Assembly (NCBI GenBank): GCA_044229845.1
Contig: JBGASG010000017.1
Span: forward strand, 1 to 49,197
From: Candidatus Obscuribacteraceae bacterium
GTDB taxonomy: Bacteria > Cyanobacteriota > Vampirovibrionia > Obscuribacterales > Obscuribacteraceae
Direction: 5' to 3'
DNA: 49,197 nt
The notes beneath the pieces were generated by a model. It saw nothing but the letters and a program-made list of their open reading frames with translations, had not been told where the DNA came from and searched no databases. Below are positions 17,962-27,675 of this stretch, piece after piece; position 1 is the first letter of the stretch; every line of letters starts with the position of its first letter. Position numbers and translations under genes: made by a program.

Positions 17962-19908
17962 TTAGTCCACCTGGCTGAACTGCCGCACAAACTCAGCAAT
18001 GCGCTCTGGACTGAGCCCGTTGATTTCCAAAAGTTTGGCGCGCGCGCCATGCTCTACAAAGTGATCGCCAATGCCGAGGCAGGCTATTTCAGCCTGTTTC
18101 TCGCGGGGGCGACGAGCACGTTGAGCAGCAGACCACTCCAGGACGGCCGCTCCGAAACCGCCGGTCAAGCAACCCTCTTCCAGCGTGACGATCTTGGCGT
18201 CGCAACGGAAAACAAAAGATTCGAGCAACGATTCATCCAACGGCTTGGCACTGCGGGCGTTCACCAGGTACGGCTCTATTCCAGATTGCTTGAGCGCTGG
18301 CAACGCCTGCCGCGCAGCATCCACCATGGCGCCGTAGCACAACAGCACCACCGGGGAAGAAACTTCAGCAGCCGGCGCCTCCAGCACTTCCCACGCTTCC
18401 AGATCAATCAATTCAAATGCGGCGCGCTCTTCACCGTTGATGGCTTTGTCGCGCGGGAAACGAATGGCCGCCGGTCCCTTGCGTTCGCACGCAAGCGTGA
18501 AGACCATGTTACGCAGTTCCTTTGCATCTTTGGGTGCGAACAACCGGAAGTTAGGCACTGCTCGCATGTGGGCAATGTCGAATACACCCTGGTGGGTCTC
18601 ACCATCTTCGACCAGTCCGCCCCTGTCTATGCCAAAAAATACAGGCAAGTTGAGGATGCCCACGTCATGAATCACCTGATCCATGGCTCGCTGCAGGAAC
18701 GTAGAATAAATCGACACAACCGGGTACAGACCGGCTTTCGCCATGCCGGCCGCCATGGTGACGGCGTGCTGCTCGCAGATAGCGACATCGAAGAAACGTT
18801 TCGGATATGCCTGTCCAAAAGCCACCAGTCCACTGCCTTCTGCCGTCGCCGGTGTGATCGCCACCAGATCATCTTGCGTGGCCGCCAGGTCAATCAGTGC
18901 TTCGGTGAACACCTGCGAATATGTTTTGGCCTTAGCCTTCACTGGCGCGGGCGGATCCACCTTGTCCAGGCTGAAGGCTGTCACGCCGTGATACTTGATG
19001 GCATCAGCCTCAGCCGGGGCATAGCCCTTGCCCTTCTGCGTGATAATGTGCACTATCTGTGGTGCACTCTTATCCTTGACTGACTTCAAGGCATCGACGA
19101 CAGCCCGGACATCATGCCCGTCCACTGGACCTGTGTAATTAATGCCGAGCTTTTCGAAAACGATGCCGGGGGTGTCGAACCGTTCTTTAGCCTTCCGTTT
19201 CACCGAGCGAATCATTTCGCGCACTTGCGGACTTAGAGTCAGGTCATCCAGCCGGTCTTCGATCAAATCGAGCTTTTCCTTGATGTCCTTATAGAAGAAG
19301 GTTTCCTTGATCCGCTTCATGTACTGCGAGAAACCACCAAGGTTCTCGCTGATCGACATCTCGTTGTCGTTGAGAATAATCACTACATCGCGCTGAATGT
19401 GACCCAGATGGTTGATCGCTTCCAGCGCCATGCCGCCGGTCAAGCCGCCATCTCCGATCAAGGCAATCACTTTGTGCCGCTGCTCCAAATGATCGCGAGC
19501 TATAGCCATGCCGACTGCCAGCGAAATTGAAGTCGAGCTATGACCAGCGATAAATGCATCGTGCTCACTCTCGACCGGGTTAACGAATCCGGACAATCCC
19601 TTATATTGACGCAAAGTGTCGAACTGCTCTCTGCGTCCGGTGAGCATCTTGTGTATATACACCTGATGACCGACGTCCCAGAGGATCTTGTCGCGCGGAC
19701 TGTCAAACACATGATGCAGTCCGAGAGTAATCTCCACAATGCCGAGATTAGAAGCCAGGTGTCCACCCGTCTCTGATACGCAGCCGATCAGCTGCTGGCG
19801 CAAGTCCGCAGCCAGTCGCGTCAGCTGCTCGATAGACATGCGCTTCACATCTTCCGGCGCGCAAACGGCGGAGACGAAGGTTTGAGTAGCGTTTAGAAGC
19901 GTGGACAT
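17962..19908 (-). CDS. dxs: 1-deoxy-D-xylulose-5-phosphate synthase
   Basis: GGHLASNLG, WDVGHQ, GHSSTSIS, IGDGGLTGGMALEA, NDNEMSIS, FFDVAICEQHA. ATG 19908 is preferred over TTG 19941. Confidence 0.96.
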   Translation of the reverse strand: MSTLLNATQTFVSAVCAPEDVKRMSIEQLTRLAADLRQQLIGCVSETGGHLASNLGIVEITLGLHHVFDSPRDKILWDVGHQVYIHKMLTGRREQFDTLRQYKGLSGFVNPVESEHDAFIAGHSSTSISLAVGMAIARDHLEQRHKVIALIGDGGLTGGMALEAINHLGHIQRDVVIILNDNEMSISENLGGFSQYMKRIKETFFYKDIKEKLDLIEDRLDDLTLSPQVREMIRSVKRKAKERFDTPGIVFEKLGINYTGPVDGHDVRAVVDALKSVKDKSAPQIVHIITQKGKGYAPAEADAIKYHGVTAFSLDKVDPPAPVKAKAKTYSQVFTEALIDLAATQDDLVAITPATAEGSGLVAFGQAYPKRFFDVAICEQHAVTMAAGMAKAGLYPVVSIYSTFLQRAMDQVIHDVGILNLPVFFGIDRGGLVEDGETHQGVFDIAHMRAVPNFRLFAPKDAKELRNMVFTLACERKGPAAIRFPRDKAINGEERAAFELIDLEAWEVLEAPAAEVSSPVVLLCYGAMVDAARQALPALKQSGIEPYLVNARSAKPLDESLLESFVFRCDAKIVTLEEGCLTGGFGAAVLEWSAAQRARRPREKQAEIACLGIGDHFVEHGARAKLLEINGLSPERIAEFVRQFSQVD

Positions 19909-20106
19909 CCGATAAAAGGCAACCAGGGCACCATTTGCCAAGCATCATAGCAATGCCGGCCATACCTTGCGTTATAAGAAATTGTCCTAGCAATCAATGC
20001 CCGCACGGCCCGCCCCGTCAGGGCTTAGGACAACTTAATGGGGCACTTTTCTGCCCGATTTAGTCCTCTCCTTACAAAGACTTTGCCGAAAGGCAACACT
20101 GGCAGA

Positions 20107-20136
20107 AAAAACTGAATTGATATCAATTCAGTTTTT
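20107..20136. repeat. Dispersed palindrome copy (30 bp perfect)
   Basis: AAAAACTGAATTGAT|ATCAATTCAGTTTTT. Confidence 0.97.
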
Positions 20137-20167
20137 CCAGGTCTTGGGGCGGAAGGTCTATGGGCTC

Positions 20168-20201
20168 AAAAGGCAAGAGCCGCCAGGGTGGCGGCTCTTG
20201 C
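20168..20201 (-). terminator. Probable intrinsic terminator of the VIT/vWA gene
   Basis: 13-bp stem GCAAGAGCCGCCA/TGGCGGCTCTTGC (20173-20201), followed on the minus strand by CTTTT, about 24 nt after the stop. Confidence 0.75.
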
Positions 20202-20224
20202 TGTTTCTCACAGAGATGGCAGGT

Positions 20225-22927
20225 TCAGGCGTCCTGTTGGAAGACGATTTTGTAGGCTTTGCCATTGAATACGACGATTACTTGCCGACCGACTGCCAGG
20301 TATTTGTTTATACCGGGATTGTTCTTGAGCAGGTCGAAGTATTCTTTGGAGCCAAACGTAATCGTTTCCGGCTTGGTTTTCGCTTCATTGAAGTCGGTGT
20401 CGGTCCAGAAACCGCCGCGGTCAAAGAAGGTCTTGCCTTCCACTACCTTGACGTTGGCTGCGCCTTCGGCATCGAGGGCGACCTTTTCTTTGAGCTCACC
20501 GAGTTTCTTAGCGTTGAGGACTGCGCCCTCGCCTTTGTCGGCGGCGCCTGAGCCCATGTAGCCCATACGCATCGACATACCGGGTGCACCAACCGTGGAT
20601 TTGAATTTGCCTGCCGATGTTTGCGTGACTCCTTTCGGTCCGGAGGCGATGCTCTCGTCTCCAAAACCGGAAGCCTCTCGGCTGTCTTTAGCTACCACCG
20701 AGTCGTCTATGACTTGCATGCTGCGCGGCGCTTTGTAGAAGGCCACCGTAGAGGCGCCGTCGCGGTACATGTTGTCGCCGGGTTGGTTAACCCACTTGCC
20801 CATGTTGGTGACCGGGAGGACTGCGCCACCGCCTCCACCACCGCGGGCTGATGCAATCAGTCCAGAGCCCTTCGTTCGACGTTCGAGCGCTCCGCGGACG
20901 GTTGCGGAAGACGCCGAGCCGGCGAATGAACCCGAGCCAGAGGAGTAGGGACTCATAGCCATGGGCACCGCAGGCGGTGGTGGCACAAGTCCGGCTCTGG
21001 AACCAGTGCGGTTGCGCCAGGCGGGCGTGGCGACACCGCCGTTGCTGTTATAGCCTGGTTCTGTGACCAGGAAGGATGTGTACGCAGAGATGATCCCGTA
21101 TCTTTTCGAGAGAGCTACGATCTCATCGACCATCTCGCGGTTGTTGCCGTTTTCCTGCGCGACCTCGGTCAGGTGTCCGATGCGACGCATCGCCCAGAGA
21201 CGCGGCAGATAGGTGTGATCAGCTTCGGTTTCGGCAAACTTCACCGGAAACGAGTAGGCTTTCTGGACACCGTTGACGGTGCCGGTAACTTGCACCGTAG
21301 ATGGTGCACCAGCCTTGTAACGGCCGAGCAGCATTACCTGATTGCCGGCGAAGATGTCTTTTACTTCACGCGGGTAGACGTCTTTGACGGTGACGCCGTC
21401 ATAGGCAATTTTGACGTTGGAAAGCACCGGCGCCTTGATCTTCTGGTAGAAGCTGGAGAGCGCTGTCTCGATCGACTCGTCGGGCTCGACATACTGAGCC
21501 AATCCGTGATGTTCTTCAGCCAGCTTGTTGAGAAGCTTGGTGTTGATGTCGTAACCGACGCCGAAATCGAAAAGACGCACATCGCGTTTGGAATTGACGG
21601 TTTTCAAAAGTCCGGCAACGGTTGTTTCGCCGACAGTCGGTTCACCGTCCGTCATCAAAACCAGATACGCGGGGCGATCCGAGGTCTGATCCAGGAGAGT
21701 AGTTCCTGTGCGCAGTGCATCTCCGATGTTGGTGCCGCCGCGGGCTTCCAGATCATCGATGAATTCCAGAGCGGCTTTCTTAGATTCCGGTGTGACCGCT
21801 ACCAGCTCGGGCTTGAATGTGTCGACGTCAGTGTTGAACTGGACAATGCTGAAGCGATCGATGGAACTGAGTGAGTTGACGAAGTACTTGAGCGCTTTTT
21901 TGTTCTGTTCCATGCGCTCGCCGGCCATCGAACCGGACGTGTCTGCAACCATAACGATGTCGCGTCCGACAGCTTGTTTCGTCTCCACAGGCGGTGTGAG
22001 CGTCAACAGGTAATAGCCGTCCTCACCGACCGCCCGGTGATTGATCAGATTGGCCGCCATCTCTTTGTCGGAGACGCTGTAATAGAGCATGAAATCTTTG
22101 TCGGGCACTGAGTCCTTGGCGGCATACGAGACTTTAGCCATGTGATCGCCATCGCGCTTGGTATCAATAGTATGGGTCGGCGACCAAATCGTGCGCAGTC
22201 CCTGCTTGCTGTTCAGCTTGACGCTGACTTTCACTTCGTCGGCGGGAGCCGCCTCGCCTTCGGTCTTGAGAGGAAACTTGTATTTCAGAAGTCCGCCTTC
22301 GGCTTTCAATAGCTGAGTGTATTCCAACTCGACTTTTTTGGTTCCGTGTTTGGGAATCGGAAATATCCGCGCCCGCACCGTTTTGTTGTCGGCATACTCT
22401 AATAAGCCCGGGTCCACCATCTTGCGCACGATCTGCTCATACTCGGCACGCGCCTCCTGAGCTTCCAGAATCTTGCCTTCTACCGGTTTGCCATCGATAT
22501 GCAGCGAGAACGAACTGAAAGTCGTGTCCTCCGGCAGGGGGAACAGATAGGTCCCCGCCAGGTCACGGTCAGTGTCGTTGACGAAGGTCTGGGTTATATA
22601 GGTTTTGGCTACCTGGTCGTTGATATCTACCTTGATATCGGCGGCTTCCATGCGCAGACCGAAGGTGACGCGACCGGTGAGCACTGGACGATGTCCGGGC
22701 GCCGGCACAACGGCTCCAGGCGCCGGAACCACAACGCCCGGTCCGGGGCGCACGGGAGTTCCGGGTCTGACCACCGGCGCGGGCGGCACGACCGGCATGC
22801 CTCCCATAATCGGGTCCACTACAATGATTCCTGCAGCTTTAGCCGTCGGCACAGCCGGTCCACTGAGAACCGACAACGACACCGAAGCTGCCAGCATAAG
22901 CAAGGACGCGGCTTTGGAACGCTTCAT
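20225..22927 (-). CDS. Secreted VIT plus vWA domain protein (inter-alpha-trypsin-inhibitor-like)
   Basis: Signal peptide MKRSKAASLLML..AKA; VIT (QTFVN...GTYLFPLP); vWA MIDAS DTSGSM, GGTNI, LMTDGEPT; LWAMRRI..YGIISAYTSFLV. RBS GAGAGG before ATG 22927. Confidence 0.9.
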   Translation of the reverse strand: MKRSKAASLLMLAASVSLSVLSGPAVPTAKAAGIIVVDPIMGGMPVVPPAPVVRPGTPVRPGPGVVVPAPGAVVPAPGHRPVLTGRVTFGLRMEAADIKVDINDQVAKTYITQTFVNDTDRDLAGTYLFPLPEDTTFSSFSLHIDGKPVEGKILEAQEARAEYEQIVRKMVDPGLLEYADNKTVRARIFPIPKHGTKKVELEYTQLLKAEGGLLKYKFPLKTEGEAAPADEVKVSVKLNSKQGLRTIWSPTHTIDTKRDGDHMAKVSYAAKDSVPDKDFMLYYSVSDKEMAANLINHRAVGEDGYYLLTLTPPVETKQAVGRDIVMVADTSGSMAGERMEQNKKALKYFVNSLSSIDRFSIVQFNTDVDTFKPELVAVTPESKKAALEFIDDLEARGGTNIGDALRTGTTLLDQTSDRPAYLVLMTDGEPTVGETTVAGLLKTVNSKRDVRLFDFGVGYDINTKLLNKLAEEHHGLAQYVEPDESIETALSSFYQKIKAPVLSNVKIAYDGVTVKDVYPREVKDIFAGNQVMLLGRYKAGAPSTVQVTGTVNGVQKAYSFPVKFAETEADHTYLPRLWAMRRIGHLTEVAQENGNNREMVDEIVALSKRYGIISAYTSFLVTEPGYNSNGGVATPAWRNRTGSRAGLVPPPPAVPMAMSPYSSGSGSFAGSASSATVRGALERRTKGSGLIASARGGGGGGAVLPVTNMGKWVNQPGDNMYRDGASTVAFYKAPRSMQVIDDSVVAKDSREASGFGDESIASGPKGVTQTSAGKFKSTVGAPGMSMRMGYMGSGAADKGEGAVLNAKKLGELKEKVALDAEGAANVKVVEGKTFFDRGGFWTDTDFNEAKTKPETITFGSKEYFDLLKNNPGINKYLAVGRQVIVVFNGKAYKIVFQQDA

Positions 22928-23179
22928 ACATCTACCTCTCACAACTCCGGCGCGGGAGTCACGCCTCACCCTAAGACTACCGATCAAAGCGCCCCAATTC
23001 GCCGGGAAACAGGCTTTTGCGCCTCTAGTGTTTCCCCTAGGAAAACTGCGCGGGCTGTGGGTTACACTAGTTGGTGAGCTGATTGCACAGTGCGCTGCCC
23101 GACAACCGAGGCGAGACCGGCGTTTGTGAAACGCCCTAATGCCCTACGACCCTTGACTCCCCAAGGCCGCCACGGCCTT

Positions 23180-25141
23180 ATGTTTCAACGTCTTTTCTGG
23201 GGAGCTCTGGCAGGTGGTCTGTTTGCACTGTTTTTCGGCGATTCACCACTGCTAGAGACACTCGAGCTGAATATGCTCAATGCCCGCTATAAGATGGCCG
23301 ATCAGATAACCGCCGGACAAAACGCCGCCGGTCAGGTCGATTCCATTAAATTCGGACAGGCGAGGCTCTCCAAAGATATATGCGTCGTCGCCTTCGACGA
23401 TGTCACCCAGTTTGATTTTTCGATAGAACGCTTCAGCTCAAGTCCCGGACAGGCGTTTCTGGCTCAGGTAATCGACAGGATCGAGCAGGGCGAGCCCACG
23501 ATTGTGGCTATCGACCTCAACCTCAAAAACAGCGCCCATCCCGATCTGGTCAAAATCTTCCGCCGTTACCGCAACGTCGTGCTGGCCTGGTTTGGGGGTC
23601 TGGAAGACGAACCTGATCTGCCATCGGCTGAGCTGCTCGAACACGCCCGCCTGCACGGCTACCATGAATTGCATCACGAATCGAACGGCACCGTCGTCCG
23701 CCTGCCCGTCAAGCCGGTCCCCACCAACGCCAGCACTAAAGAGCCCTCTATCCAGCACGCCTATTCATTTACCGAGGCGATAACAACTGCGTACAACGCT
23801 ATCAAGGGTCTGAGCCCGCAAGACGAATTCGGGTCTATACAATCGGACCAGCCGGTATATCTCGATTTTCACCGCACCGATTATCCGATCTACTCCATGT
23901 CGGAAGTTGTGGCACCCCATTTCGACGCCGGCGTTTTCAAAGACCGCATTGTTTTAATCGGCTCCGTCCTCACCCCCCGCAAACCAGATACCGACCGCGA
24001 AATGGCCGACCAGACCATCACCCAGCCGTCCACCCCTATTCGCCCGCCCGGTCCGGAAGTTTTCGTCCATGCCGACGCCCTGCAATCGATTCTGTCGCGC
24101 CAGGTGGTCTACACCTTCCCTTATGCGCTGGCTCGCCACATTTTGATCATTCTGGGCGCCGCCTTCGGTGCGCTGTTCTCTGTGCTTTCTTTAGGTAAGC
24201 GTTCCGCCTACTTCATCGGCGCCGGCGCCGCCATTGTGCTGGCCGGACAGCTGTCGCTTTTGATGTTCCACGTCGCACTGCCGGTGGTGGCACCGCTCTT
24301 CATGCTGGGCTCAGGTTTCGTGATCGGGACCGTCATCTTTCTGGATACCGATTTGCGGGTGCGCAACCGCGAACTGGCTGCCGCCCGCGAGTCGATGCAG
24401 ATACGCGCCGAAGAAGAACGCAAGCGCATCGCCGGCGATCTGCACGATGAAACTCTGCCGGCGCTCTCATCGGTAGCCCGCATGATCGACGAACTGGGCG
24501 ACGAACACCAAGAAAGCGCCGTGCCCACCAAAATGCGGCGCAAACTGGATGAAACCATTCAGGAAATGCGGCGCGTCATCAACGACCTGCACCCTTCGGT
24601 CCTGGAGACCATGGGTTTTGTGCCTGCCCTGGAAAACCTGGCAGTCATGCTGCAACGCGACACCGGCATCGTTTATACGTTCACGGACGGCGACCCGGAT
24701 GCGGGCGACAACGGCGAGGGCTCGATCACCAGTTCCGGGTCCTTCATTCCTCTGGAAGGAGCCAACGAATATGAGCTCTCCGATTTCGCCAAACTGCAGC
24801 TCTACCGCATTGTTCAGGAAGCGCTCAACAATGTGGGCAAACATTCAAGAGCTAAGATAGTAGATGTATGCATAAGACAGCGTGGAGACGACCTGGAAAT
24901 ATCCATCACCGATAATGGTCAGGGCATTAATCCCAAAGCTGTGCGTCCGGATTCCCACGGGTTAACCAATATCAAACACCGCGCGCAGCTGATTGGCGCC
25001 TCTGTCGAGTGGCGCAAACCGAAAAAGTTCGAAACTGGCACAGAAATCAGACTCACAATCCCGATGCTTCGGGAAAACGGCATCCCACCAACTATTACTG
25101 CAGAGGAAAACGGGGGTAAAAATGACGGTTCTCATAGCTGA
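23180..25141 (+). CDS. CHASE2-domain sensor histidine kinase (HisKA_3/NarX type)
   Basis: N-terminal TM; CHASE2 (DICVVAFDD, FKDRIVLIG, GPEVFVHADAL); three TMs; EERKRIAGDLHDE; LYRIVQEALNNV.KHS; DNGQG; HGLTNI..RA. Confidence 0.9.
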   Translation: MFQRLFWGALAGGLFALFFGDSPLLETLELNMLNARYKMADQITAGQNAAGQVDSIKFGQARLSKDICVVAFDDVTQFDFSIERFSSSPGQAFLAQVIDRIEQGEPTIVAIDLNLKNSAHPDLVKIFRRYRNVVLAWFGGLEDEPDLPSAELLEHARLHGYHELHHESNGTVVRLPVKPVPTNASTKEPSIQHAYSFTEAITTAYNAIKGLSPQDEFGSIQSDQPVYLDFHRTDYPIYSMSEVVAPHFDAGVFKDRIVLIGSVLTPRKPDTDREMADQTITQPSTPIRPPGPEVFVHADALQSILSRQVVYTFPYALARHILIILGAAFGALFSVLSLGKRSAYFIGAGAAIVLAGQLSLLMFHVALPVVAPLFMLGSGFVIGTVIFLDTDLRVRNRELAAARESMQIRAEEERKRIAGDLHDETLPALSSVARMIDELGDEHQESAVPTKMRRKLDETIQEMRRVINDLHPSVLETMGFVPALENLAVMLQRDTGIVYTFTDGDPDAGDNGEGSITSSGSFIPLEGANEYELSDFAKLQLYRIVQEALNNVGKHSRAKIVDVCIRQRGDDLEISITDNGQGINPKAVRPDSHGLTNIKHRAQLIGASVEWRKPKKFETGTEIRLTIPMLRENGIPPTITAEENGGKNDGSHS

Positions 25142-25841
25142 TGATGAAGAACGGGATCGCACGTGGCTGAAGGATCTTCTCACCAAGAACCTGTCGGATC
25201 ATCAAGTCACCGAGTGCTCCGACGGACAGCAAGCCGTCGAGCAAGCCTTGAAGATCAAGCCGCAACTGGTCTTCCTCGACATCAAAATGCCACACCTGTC
25301 GGGCATTAAAGCCGCCGAGCAAATTCTTTTGAAGTTGCCCGAGACCGGCGTCATCATTCTTTCCAACTTCTCGGACGAAGTCTACGTCCGCCAGTTGTGG
25401 AAGATTGTCCCCGCCGACGGTGCTTTCGGCTATGTGCTCAAAAATGCCTCCAACGAACAGGTCGTGGAAGCGGCACGGGCAGTTCTATCCGGCGACTGCT
25501 GGATTCATCCCGGCATCGCTCGAGTCATTCAGAGAACTCAAAACCGAGCTACCAGCCTGACTGTCGCCGAATACGAGGCATTGATTTGCATCTCGCTGGG
25601 ACTGACCGATTCGGCAATCGCCAGGCGGCTTTATCTAACGGAAAAAGCCGTGCAAAGCCGCCTCAAATCGCTGTATTCAAAACTGGCGATTCCCGGACGA
25701 GGCGAACAATCGGACACCGAATACAACCAGCGCTGCCGCGCCGTTTACCTGTCATACCGGCGCGGACTGGTGAACCAGTCGGAGCTGGATGAGTGGGAAC
25801 AGAAAATCTTCGAACAAAAACCTGTCGGGAGCGAAAAATAA
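25122..25841 (+). CDS. NarL/LuxR-family response regulator
   Basis: MTVLIADDE, FLDIKMP, GYVLK, LT..EYEAL..ISLGLTDSAIARRLYLTEKAV. Overlaps the kinase 3' end. Confidence 0.92.
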   Translation: MTVLIADDEERDRTWLKDLLTKNLSDHQVTECSDGQQAVEQALKIKPQLVFLDIKMPHLSGIKAAEQILLKLPETGVIILSNFSDEVYVRQLWKIVPADGAFGYVLKNASNEQVVEAARAVLSGDCWIHPGIARVIQRTQNRATSLTVAEYEALICISLGLTDSAIARRLYLTEKAVQSRLKSLYSKLAIPGRGEQSDTEYNQRCRAVYLSYRRGLVNQSELDEWEQKIFEQKPVGSEK

Positions 25842-25842
25842 A

Positions 25843-27675
25843 ATGTCCAGACGACGCATCTTCACCGCCTCATCGGTCATGCTCATGGCTTGCATTTCAG
25901 CCTGGAGCCTGGAGCCGGTCAAGTCGCAGGTGCCGCCATCCAACCGGATGATGGTCAACAGCGCCAAGATGCACATTGCCTACTCGAAAGTGTCGCCCCC
26001 CTCGGGCGGCGTGCGCTTGCTGCAAGACATTTTCAATCGCGTCCGGTCGGCCCCGCAAATTGCCCTTGAGAAACAGCGCGGCAAGCGCCTCGCCGAATCT
26101 CAGCAACTGGCCAACGCCGACAGCCTCACCGACTACAGCAAAACCATTCGTCCGAAAGAGAAAGGCAAAAATCTCAGTTACGTAGCCAATGCCCCCAGCC
26201 TCTACATGCCGGCTTCCGAAAGTGAGTCATTCACACGCGGTTTAAGTGGCGCCACCAACGGCACAATCGGACCGCAAGGCGCCGATGCCAACCTGATTGC
26301 CTCTAATTCCGCCGGTGCCACGCGCTTCCGCTCCGGCGGTGGTGGCGGCGGCAGTGGTGGCAGTTTGCCGTCCGTGAACATGGGCAAGTGGGTGAAGCAA
26401 CCGGGCGACAATATGTACAGCCAGCCTCTCGCAGCAGCGAGCAGCGGCAACGCCACGCGGGTCAGCAACCGGGCCCAGACCAAGATGCAACAAATCGCCT
26501 CCAATGCCAGCCCGGCCGCATCGCTGCCACCACAGGCGGCACCACAATCCGGCGGCTATGCGATCGACGGCATGACCGCGTCCTTTGCCGGCAAGTATAA
26601 AGCTCGTCCCGGTACAAGTGCGGCGGGAGCGCTGATGGCGCCCAAGCCGATCGCTCAGTCACCGGCCGCTCCGCCGCCACCACTTTCGGTATCAATCGGC
26701 AAACTGGGACGAACGCTCAACGACACCAACAAGAAAATGGAAGAGGTCGACAAACTGGCTGCCGAACCGGCACCAGCCACTGGCGCCTACACCGAAGGCC
26801 GGCAAGGTCCGCTCACCATCTCCATGAAGAAGAAAGCCTCGGCCGCTTCCACAATCGCCTACCAAACTCCGGCGGCGCCCGCATTTCCTACCTCCGGCAA
26901 TTCATCAGTTCGTCGTGAGCGCAAAGCCGCTCAGGTAAACGACGAACGCGCCGGCGAAATTGCCGGTCAGGCGGGACAGGGCTTCTCGCAAACCGGCGTG
27001 GTCAACATCGTGCCGTCACAACAACAACAGATTGCCCAGAACACCAATATGAAAACCTACGTGCAACAGCGCTCCGGTGCCTGGAACAACGCCAACAGCC
27101 CCGGCATCTGGGAGTTTAACAAAGACACAGGGGCCGCACCGCAAGCCGAGAGCACCGAAGGCGATGCCTTCCAGAGTTCTTTCGACAGCCTGCAAAACGG
27201 TTTGCAGTCTAACAATAAGCGCTCCGACCGCGATTTGATAGCGCTTTTGCCGCCCAACGTCGTCACAGGCATTCCACTGGTGCGCCTGGGATCTTCCGAA
27301 CAGCAAGCCGCATCGGCGCTTGCCCAGCTGGGGACCATGAAAGTAGACCAGGTCAACAACTGGAAAGTCTGGACCTGGTCGAAAAACGGCGAGAAAAGCC
27401 CGGCCTTGCAGTTGTTTGTACGCCACGGTTTGCTTGATGCCATGCGCATCTTCGATCGCTCTTTGATCGGCTCCGATTTCGGAGTGACGCTTGGCGACGA
27501 CCTGAGCAAAGTCAAGGAACAGTTCGGCGAACCGGCTTTCATGGTGCCGGAACCGGCACCCGGCGCCGGACAGAACTATATATATCCAATCAGCCAGGTC
27601 GGTTTCCAAATTGCGCGCCCGGCGCCGGATCAGTCGCCCCGCGTCGTCAGCGTGCTGATTTTCCACGTTAAATAA
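25843..27675 (+). CDS. Secreted hypothetical protein: long low-complexity region plus folded C-terminal domain
   Basis: ATG 1 nt after the regulator stop; signal peptide MSRRRIFTASSVMLMACISAWS (possible twin-Arg); C-terminal repeats LGSSEQQA..LG and LGDDLSKVKEQFGEP. Confidence 0.8.
   Translation: MSRRRIFTASSVMLMACISAWSLEPVKSQVPPSNRMMVNSAKMHIAYSKVSPPSGGVRLLQDIFNRVRSAPQIALEKQRGKRLAESQQLANADSLTDYSKTIRPKEKGKNLSYVANAPSLYMPASESESFTRGLSGATNGTIGPQGADANLIASNSAGATRFRSGGGGGGSGGSLPSVNMGKWVKQPGDNMYSQPLAAASSGNATRVSNRAQTKMQQIASNASPAASLPPQAAPQSGGYAIDGMTASFAGKYKARPGTSAAGALMAPKPIAQSPAAPPPPLSVSIGKLGRTLNDTNKKMEEVDKLAAEPAPATGAYTEGRQGPLTISMKKKASAASTIAYQTPAAPAFPTSGNSSVRRERKAAQVNDERAGEIAGQAGQGFSQTGVVNIVPSQQQQIAQNTNMKTYVQQRSGAWNNANSPGIWEFNKDTGAAPQAESTEGDAFQSSFDSLQNGLQSNNKRSDRDLIALLPPNVVTGIPLVRLGSSEQQAASALAQLGTMKVDQVNNWKVWTWSKNGEKSPALQLFVRHGLLDAMRIFDRSLIGSDFGVTLGDDLSKVKEQFGEPAFMVPEPAPGAGQNYIYPISQVGFQIARPAPDQSPRVVSVLIFHVK

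Noticed and set aside
17854..19083. 409-aa plus-strand ORF, and similar long antisense or alternative-frame ORFs in the track
   Set aside because: It is a shadow of dxs; such ORFs are expected opposite GC-rich genes and show no protein motifs.
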